This document shows positions 35,457 through 41,022 of a stretch of DNA of 41,022 nt, piece after piece. Below the pieces are notes generated by a model. The model was not told the DNA's origin and did no database searches. It saw only the letters and a list, made by a program, of their open reading frames with translations. Position 1 is the first letter of the stretch; each line of letters begins with the position of its first letter. This DNA is from a virus: positions 1 to 41,022 of IMG/VR virus record IMGVR_UViG_3300002772_000001; one strand, written 5' to 3'. Both the position numbers and the translations under genes were made by a program.

Positions 35457-36023
35457 ATGAACGATGAGACGAAAACTCATTACCGCAAGGCGTTCGATAG
35501 CCCGTATCTGAGCAGCGCCGATCTGGTCGAGCCGACACCGCTCACGGTCGCGTATGTCCGTCTTGAGCCGGACCACACCAAGAAAACGAAAGACCTGTTC
35601 AACACGGCGCATTTCGTCGAGAAGGAATTGCGGCCCGGTGAAAAGTTGAAGCCGATGATTCTCAATGCGACGAACAGCAAACAGATGAAGAACCTGACCG
35701 GCACGCCGTTCATCGAGGAATGGGTCAACGTGCGCGTCACGGTCTACGTCGATCCGAACGTGAAGTTCGGCAAGGAGTCGGTCGAGGGTTTGCGGATCAG
35801 TAGCAAGGCGCCGGCACCGCCCGTTGACGTGAACGCGTGGATCGGCAAGGTCAATGCCTGCGACACATCCGATGGCCTGCAGGATACGTGGAAACTCGGC
35901 GGCAATGCGTTGCGTGAATCAGGCAACCGCGATGGTTACGCGAGGCTCAAAGATGCCGTCACGGCTAGGCTTGAATCGATCAAAGCCAAGGCTGCCGAGG
36001 TCGCTGTGGAATCTGAAGCATGA
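35457..36023 (+). CDS. Hypothetical protein (188 aa) upstream of the exonuclease (possible recombination partner)
   Basis: ATG 35457. Stop overlaps the exonuclease start (ATGA). The partner role is positional only. Confidence 0.45.
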   Translation: MNDETKTHYRKAFDSPYLSSADLVEPTPLTVAYVRLEPDHTKKTKDLFNTAHFVEKELRPGEKLKPMILNATNSKQMKNLTGTPFIEEWVNVRVTVYVDPNVKFGKESVEGLRISSKAPAPPVDVNAWIGKVNACDTSDGLQDTWKLGGNALRESGNRDGYARLKDAVTARLESIKAKAAEVAVESEA

Positions 36024-36787
36024 AGATCATCCATTGCGATCAGGGCAGTGATGAATGGATTGCGGCGCGGTCCGGCTGCATCACGGCAAGCATGTTTGGC
36101 GTAGCGCGTAGCCGCGTCGGCTGCCTGACCGATCAGCAGCAGGCTTTTGTTTACGCCGTACGTGGTGGCGTGCCGGAAAAGGAAGCCGCGAAGATTGCCG
36201 GGTACAAGACAACGCCGCGCGCCACCGGCATCACGCGCGCACTGTCTGGACTGCCCGTAGGCGAATGGTCCGACGCATCCAAGGACTACGCGTTCCGTCT
36301 CGCCATTGAGCGGATCAGCGGAGAGCCGCTGGACGAAGGTTTCCAGACATGGGCTATGGCTCGCGGCCATGAGCTTGAGCCGGAAGCGCGCATGGAACAC
36401 GAAATGCAGACCGGCTTAATCGTTCAGGAGGCGGGGTTCATCACAACTGATGATGACCTGTTCGGCGCGAGTGCTGACGGCCTGATTGGCGAGGACGGCG
36501 GTGCGGAATACAAGTGTTTCCTCAACCCGTCCAAGCTGCGCCAATTCCATATCGACGGTGATGCCAGCGACATATTCGACCAGGCGCAAGGCTGCATGTG
36601 GATCACTGGCCGCAAGTGGTGGCACATCGGACTGTACTGCCCCGCGTTGGCGCCAGTCGGAAAACAGTTGTGGTGGAAAGAGTTTGCGCGCGACGACAAC
36701 TACATCAACGCGATGGAACAAGACCTGTGGGAGTTCGCGCAGCTTGTGGCGTCGTATGAATCGACACTCAAACAGAAGGCGGCATGA
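36020..36787 (+). CDS. YqaJ-type (lambda Exo-like) recombination exonuclease
   Basis: N-terminus MKIIHCDQGSDEWIAARSGCITASMFG is characteristic of the family. Confidence 0.75.
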   Translation: MKIIHCDQGSDEWIAARSGCITASMFGVARSRVGCLTDQQQAFVYAVRGGVPEKEAAKIAGYKTTPRATGITRALSGLPVGEWSDASKDYAFRLAIERISGEPLDEGFQTWAMARGHELEPEARMEHEMQTGLIVQEAGFITTDDDLFGASADGLIGEDGGAEYKCFLNPSKLRQFHIDGDASDIFDQAQGCMWITGRKWWHIGLYCPALAPVGKQLWWKEFARDDNYINAMEQDLWEFAQLVASYESTLKQKAA

Positions 36788-36788
36788 C

Positions 36789-37166
36789 ATGGCAGAGGCA
36801 CAGTTCATCAATGGTTTGACGTTCAAGGCTCCGAACGAACGAGCGCCGGAATACGTGAAGGCGAAAGGCTCGATCAAGCGCGCGGATTTGATTGCGACGC
36901 TGCAAGGCATGGGCGGCGACTGGATCAACTTCGACGTAAAGGTGTCGCAGAACGGCAAGTGGTACGCCGCTGTCGATCCGTGGAAGCCGAATAGCGAGAA
37001 GTCGGAGCGTGCGGCACGGGGCCAGGAGCGTTCCTCGCCGAGTCGGCAGGATCACAACGATTACATCGCGAACGGAACTGGCGATAAGCACGGCGATGCG
37101 AGCAATGGGTTTGCAGATGACTCAGACATACCCTTTGCGCCGATCCCGCTGCGGCAGCTCTGGTAA
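36789..37166 (+). CDS. SSB-like single-strand DNA-binding protein (125 aa)
   Basis: ATG 36789. The acidic C-terminal tip DDSDIPF matches the canonical SSB tail. The OB-like N-domain is unverified. Confidence 0.5.
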   Translation: MAEAQFINGLTFKAPNERAPEYVKAKGSIKRADLIATLQGMGGDWINFDVKVSQNGKWYAAVDPWKPNSEKSERAARGQERSSPSRQDHNDYIANGTGDKHGDASNGFADDSDIPFAPIPLRQLW

Positions 37167-37197
37167 GCAGCCTAACCACCACGAAGAGGATTGAGGG

Positions 37198-37392
37198 ATG
37201 AACTGGGACGATTTCCGACAGGCGTTCAGCACCGCTCGCCATACGATGAATCAAGCCGATAACGTCGCCAACGACATGGCGGACATGCTTGATGGGCGGC
37301 TGCGCAAGGTAAGTGGTTTCCGGCTGGCTAAGCTCAAGCGTCAGCTGCGCGACTTCAACATTCACACTGGCGAATGGAAGGAACCATCATGA
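37198..37392 (+). CDS. Hypothetical protein (64 aa)
   Basis: Complete ORF with GAGG upstream. Confidence 0.5.
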   Translation: MNWDDFRQAFSTARHTMNQADNVANDMADMLDGRLRKVSGFRLAKLKRQLRDFNIHTGEWKEPS

Positions 37393-37706
37393 CCGCCCTG
37401 CGCGAACTTGCCAAGTCCTTGGCCGAGAAAGAGAAGGACTACGCGACCCATGAGCGTAGATTCTCGGAAGAACTCATCGCCATCCTCGACGCCGATGATG
37501 ATGTTCGGCGTGAAGTTGAATGTCGCCTGTGGGATACGCAGTGGTTAAACATCGTCAACCACGAAAATTGTTACAGGGACTTCGACAAAGAAACCGCTAT
37601 TGCCGATGCGGTTCGCCGTACCGAGGATGCGATGGCAAGAAATTTCCGTGATGACAGATGGCCGCCACGCAAAGACGCCATCCAAGGAGAAACCTATGGA
37701 CGCTAA
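37389..37706 (+). CDS. Hypothetical protein (105 aa)
   Basis: ATG 37389 overlaps the upstream TGA. Confidence 0.5.
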   Translation: MTALRELAKSLAEKEKDYATHERRFSEELIAILDADDDVRREVECRLWDTQWLNIVNHENCYRDFDKETAIADAVRRTEDAMARNFRDDRWPPRKDAIQGETYGR

Positions 37707-38460
37707 GTACACGGTTGAGGAAATGCGGGAGATGGCGAATAAGCAGCGGGAAACAATGCCAATGACCGCCGCCATGCTAACCGCCTACGCCAACCTCCTC
37801 GCCGAGATCGAGCGGGCGAAGGCGGGGGTGACGGACGAGGCTTATATGAAGGCTAGCGAAGCTATCGCGGCGCGTTTTTCCAGTGACTTTTTCGACGAAC
37901 GTATGGTTCTAGAGTGTGGAAGAGCCGCCCTAGAATCCGTCGCCCACCTGTTGCCGAGGGGTGAGGTTGGGGTGGATGAGAGTGCGGTGCCGGTGGCTTG
38001 GATGCGTCGAACGATTCGCCACAAGCGCATAGGCGGCAGGGAAGATGGTGAGCGAGTGATGAGCGCGTCTAAGGTCTATCCAGATGACGAACCGCTATTC
38101 ACCCACCCGCCAGCACAGGCGGCGCAGGTGGATGCTGATCTTTACAAGTCAGCGTGCGACAGCGTCGAAGAATGGAAGGCTCGTGCGCTCAAGGCTGAGG
38201 AAGTTTCTGACCGGCTGATGGCTGAAATTAACCAGATGACCGGACCGACCTTCATGGGTGAGCCGGTATTGTCGAAAGCGCCAACGCAGGTAACTCGCGC
38301 CGAGGTTGAGGCGTTTCTTGTCGCCTACCACGCCGAAGTATGGGCAGCTGGCGAAGGTAACGGCACCGCTTACGACCAAGCGGGCGAAAAGCTCGCAAAG
38401 GCGTTCCTCGCAAGGTTCAACACTACCGAGCCAGTGGCGCACGAGAAGGATAAGCCGTGA
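37696..38460 (+). CDS. Hypothetical protein (254 aa)
   Basis: ATG 37696 with AGGAGA upstream. Confidence 0.55.
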   Translation: MDAKYTVEEMREMANKQRETMPMTAAMLTAYANLLAEIERAKAGVTDEAYMKASEAIAARFSSDFFDERMVLECGRAALESVAHLLPRGEVGVDESAVPVAWMRRTIRHKRIGGREDGERVMSASKVYPDDEPLFTHPPAQAAQVDADLYKSACDSVEEWKARALKAEEVSDRLMAEINQMTGPTFMGEPVLSKAPTQVTRAEVEAFLVAYHAEVWAAGEGNGTAYDQAGEKLAKAFLARFNTTEPVAHEKDKP

Positions 38461-38990
38461 AAACGTGCAGCATTGACGACCTCAAAGCGAATTTCCGCTT
38501 CGATGCTGAGACGGGGATTATCACCCGTATGCTCACAGAAAAATCGTTCAAGGCAGGGGATAGGTCCGGCTCTAGGACGAGTCACGGCTATCTAATGCTC
38601 AAGTTTCACGAAGTCCGATGCCTCGCACATAGAGCAGCGTTCGCCATGTATTACGGGTGCTGGCCCATCGGTCAGATAGACCACATCAACGGCGATCGTA
38701 CTGACAACCGAATCTCTAATTTGCGCGAAGTATCGAATTCGCAGAACCAGATGAATGCCGGACTGAATTCGCGCAATACCAGTGGCTGCAAAGGCATCTG
38801 GTGGTCAAAGGATGAAAGCCGCTGGCGTGCCCACATCATCGTGGACAAGAAGAAACTCTATCTTGGCTCTTACAAGACGCCTGACGAAGCCGCGCACGCC
38901 TACAACAAAGCCGCGATCCGATTGCACGGTGAATTCGCACGGCTAAACCCGATAGGTACCGCCGCACCCACCCCGGAGACGAAGGGATGA
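38457..38990 (+). CDS. HNH endonuclease with AP2-type domain (177 aa), paralogous in architecture to 30391-30915
   Basis: LAHRAAFAMYYG.....QIDHINGDRTDNRISNLR, then GIWWSKDESRWRAHI...KK.YLGSYKTPDEAAHAYN.AA. GTGA coupling. Confidence 0.75.
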   Translation: MKTCSIDDLKANFRFDAETGIITRMLTEKSFKAGDRSGSRTSHGYLMLKFHEVRCLAHRAAFAMYYGCWPIGQIDHINGDRTDNRISNLREVSNSQNQMNAGLNSRNTSGCKGIWWSKDESRWRAHIIVDKKKLYLGSYKTPDEAAHAYNKAAIRLHGEFARLNPIGTAAPTPETKG

Positions 38991-39340
38991 GCGCCGAACT
39001 GTGCAGGGCGGAGTTTGAGAAGTGGGTACAAACCACGAGCGCATGGCGCGCTTGCAAGCAGCGAAACAAACCCATGTACTTACGCCAGAGCATGGACGGC
39101 AGCTACAACGATTTCCGGGTGAATGATCGTTGGTTCGCTTATAAGGCCGCGTGGAACACCCGCGCCAACGACGTGGACATCGAAAGCCTACGCCAACTAG
39201 TGATTAAGTGGGAATCTCGAGCAGCAGAGGAAAGACGATATAGCGGCGAATATTACTCGGGCCGATCTCAAGCGTATGACGCGTGTAGTGAAGAGCTCGC
39301 CGACAAGCTCACCGCCGCGCTACCGGAGTCCAAGCCATGA
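38987..39340 (+). CDS. Hypothetical protein (117 aa)
   Basis: ATGA couplings at both ends. Confidence 0.5.
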   Translation: MSAELCRAEFEKWVQTTSAWRACKQRNKPMYLRQSMDGSYNDFRVNDRWFAYKAAWNTRANDVDIESLRQLVIKWESRAAEERRYSGEYYSGRSQAYDACSEELADKLTAALPESKP

Positions 39341-39600
39341 CGCTGTCACGGGAAGTTCAGGATGCGCTAAAAGAATTGAATACGCGCATCGACGCACAAA
39401 ATGAAAGGGTGCGCACCAAGGACGCAGAGATAGCGAGCCTTATCGACCAGCGCGACATGCTGTTACGTCAGTACAACGAAGCCGAATCCCGCCTCGCTGC
39501 GGCGAATGCGCTGCTTCGAAACGTAATGAACGAAGGATGTTCCATGCGTTCAACCCACGATGCCATCCAAACCCACCTGCAAGGAGCTGGCGATGAATGA
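39337..39600 (+). CDS. Coiled-coil hypothetical protein (87 aa)
   Basis: Complete ORF. Confidence 0.5.
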   Translation: MTLSREVQDALKELNTRIDAQNERVRTKDAEIASLIDQRDMLLRQYNEAESRLAAANALLRNVMNEGCSMRSTHDAIQTHLQGAGDE

Positions 39601-39820
39601 GTGGATGCCAATTGAGACGGCGCCGATTGGGGTAGTCGTGGACACGATCATCCGTGATGCGGATGGAGATCGAAATCATCAGACGCTGAAAGCAAGCCAG
39701 CGCGACCCGAATTGCCGCGTTATGTGGTGGCTCCCTGATGGCTCGATGTACGTCTACTTCACGCCAACACACTGGCGACCAGTGCCGTCAACAGCCCGAT
39801 GCACACCGGAGCAGCCATAG
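39593..39820 (+). CDS. DUF551-like protein (75 aa); ends with tandem TAG-TGA
   Basis: MNEWMPIETAP...THWRPVP. Stop TAG 39818-39820 is immediately followed in frame by TGA 39821-39823. Confidence 0.55.
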   Translation: MNEWMPIETAPIGVVVDTIIRDADGDRNHQTLKASQRDPNCRVMWWLPDGSMYVYFTPTHWRPVPSTARCTPEQP

Positions 39821-40134
39821 TGAGCCAGAATCCGGCAAGCGACCAACCATGGCTAACCGTCCCCGAAGCGGCCAAGTATTGCCGCTGTTCCGTCCGCGCG
39901 TTCCTCAACATGCGCTTGCCCGCCAATGACGCGGGAGGCCGCAAGGTCTACCATCGGCAGTCACTTGATGCAGCGATCACGGCCCGGACATGGCGAAACT
40001 CTACAAGCGCGGCCCCTGCTACTACCTTGACTGGTCAGACGGCGGCGAACGATTCCGGCGCAGTCTCGGGAAGATTGACAAGCAGGCGGCTCAGGCCATT
40101 CAAGCCGAGAAAGAAGCAGAGCTGCGCGGGCTGA
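39820..40134 (+). CDS. xis: Excisionase-like HTH protein (start GTG 39820 or ATG 39799; 3' end overlaps int)
   Basis: Motif WLTVPEAAKYCRCSVRAFLNMRLP....GRKVYHRQSLDAAI is typical of excisionase/MerR-type HTH proteins. Lies immediately upstream of int. Confidence 0.5.
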   Translation: MSQNPASDQPWLTVPEAAKYCRCSVRAFLNMRLPANDAGGRKVYHRQSLDAAITARTWRNSTSAAPATTLTGQTAANDSGAVSGRLTSRRLRPFKPRKKQSCAG

Positions 40135-41006
40135 TAACGCCGACGCGCGGCGCGATAGTCGCACAGATCATCGCCGACTATATGGCGTGGTATGAACATG
40201 CCAGACCGACCACGTTCAAGCGCGCCGGGTACACGTTCAAGCCGTTCCTGTTGAAATTCGGCAACCATGCCGCCGAGGGGCTAGACCCCGGACAGGTCGA
40301 AACGTGGGAGCTTGGCCGCGAGGCGCGAGGCAGCGCCAACAAGGCGGTCAGGCTGGCAAAAGCGGCATTCAACCGTGCCGTCCGCCTAGGTGCGATCCGC
40401 ATCAATCCGATGGCCCGCGTGAAGTCCACAACACCACCCATCAGCCGCGCACCGGACTACTACCGGCAAGCCCAGCTTAAAGCCCTCTACGGCTGCGAAC
40501 GCGGCCCGCTGTGGCGATTCATGGTCAACACCGGACTGCGACGCGCCGAGATGGCGAAAGCGTGCAGAACTGACATACGCGACGGCCAGATCATTGTGGA
40601 GAGTACGGCCAAGGGGCGCACAAAGTCGGGGAAGTGGCGAGCCGTGCCGCTGAATAGCGAGGCGCTGATGGCGCTGAAGAGGCTTGGGGATGATCGTCTG
40701 GCGCTGTGCCATCCCGACACACTGGGGGATTGGTTCGCGCGGGATCGTGACGCACTGGGCTTGCCCGGCTCACTTCACTGGACGCGGCACACGTTCTGCA
40801 CTGGCCTCGTGCAGCAGGGTGTGAGCTTGTACGATGTGCAACGCCTTGCGGGACACAGCTCGATCAAGGTGACGGAGCAGTATGCGCGACACGCGCCTGG
40901 TCACGGTGTAGAAGCGGTCGGAAAACTTGCGCGTTGGCACACTTCACGGCACAGTAAAAATAAAACTTCAATAAAATCAAAGCGCCCTCGTAGCTCAGTT
41001 GGATAG
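39990..41006 (+). CDS. int: Tyrosine integrase; stop codon is TAG inside the att core
   Basis: C-terminal catalytic signature LHWTRHTFCTGLVQQGVSLYDVQRLAGHSSIKVTEQYARH (HxxR ... H ... Y). The ORF runs into the tRNA-Arg repeat and stops at TAG 41004-41006. Confidence 0.9.
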   Translation: MAKLYKRGPCYYLDWSDGGERFRRSLGKIDKQAAQAIQAEKEAELRGLITPTRGAIVAQIIADYMAWYEHARPTTFKRAGYTFKPFLLKFGNHAAEGLDPGQVETWELGREARGSANKAVRLAKAAFNRAVRLGAIRINPMARVKSTTPPISRAPDYYRQAQLKALYGCERGPLWRFMVNTGLRRAEMAKACRTDIRDGQIIVESTAKGRTKSGKWRAVPLNSEALMALKRLGDDRLALCHPDTLGDWFARDRDALGLPGSLHWTRHTFCTGLVQQGVSLYDVQRLAGHSSIKVTEQYARHAPGHGVEAVGKLARWHTSRHSKNKTSIKSKRPRSSVG

Positions 41007-41022
41007 AGCGGCCCCCTCCTAA
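40984..41022 (+). repeat. attR core: second copy of the tRNA-Arg(CCU) 5' half; the tRNA may continue beyond the window
   Basis: Identical to 1-39. The window ends in the anticodon loop, so whether the tRNA is complete cannot be judged. Confidence 0.85.

Larger units (their letters stand above)
1..41022. mobile_element. Integrated temperate phage (prophage) bounded by 39-bp perfect direct repeats; podovirus-like gene set
   Basis: Identical 39-mers at 1-39 and 40984-41022. Tyrosine integrase abuts the right repeat. Complete lysogeny, replication, lysis, packaging and virion modules lie between the repeats. Spanins and a SAR endolysin imply a Gram-negative host. Confidence 0.9.

Overview
The 41,022-bp, GC-rich window is one complete integrated temperate phage. 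It is bounded by perfect 39-bp direct repeats (1-39 and 40984-41022) that correspond to the 5' half of a tRNA-Arg(CCU) gene. A tyrosine integrase and an excisionase-like gene sit at the right end.

Minus strand, 31633 down to 438:
- cro-like and cII-like early genes
- DUF1376 replication module and a Dam methylase
- nin-type genes (NinB-like, YbcO-like, VRR-NUC) and a DEDD exonuclease
- a ~310-nt leader
- a lysis cassette (holin, SAR endolysin, spanins) interrupted by an HNH gene, small ORFs and a lipoprotein serine protease
- one tRNA
- terS, terL, portal, scaffold, capsid, connector/virion proteins, three large internal-virion proteins (one with an SLT domain) and a tailspike
- No tape-measure, tube or sheath genes were recognised, so the gene set looks podovirus-like.

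Plus strand, 31720 to 41006:
- a CI-like repressor operon ending in a strong terminator
- an operator-controlled early-left operon: repeat proteins, YqaJ exonuclease, SSB-like protein, HNH-AP2, xis, int

Main result: all 16 recognisable packaging/virion genes are broken, under the standard code, by in-frame TAG codons and only TAG. I count 37 sites, with no in-frame TGA or TAA and no frameshift. Reading TAG as sense restores full-length conventional proteins and tight ATGA/GTGA gene couplings. Immediately upstream of terS, on the same strand, is a tRNA with anticodon CUA (18500-18570), which reads UAG. Its acceptor stem and G73 resemble tRNA-Gln/Trp.

The lysis cassette and several moron-like genes are TAG-free. 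The integrase, the CI-like repressor and two other early genes use TAG as their terminator. I interpret this as a phage-encoded amber-suppression (TAG most likely to Gln) code switch gating virion-gene translation in a GC-rich temperate phage of a Gram-negative host. Function calls come from motif recognition by eye; no database search was possible.
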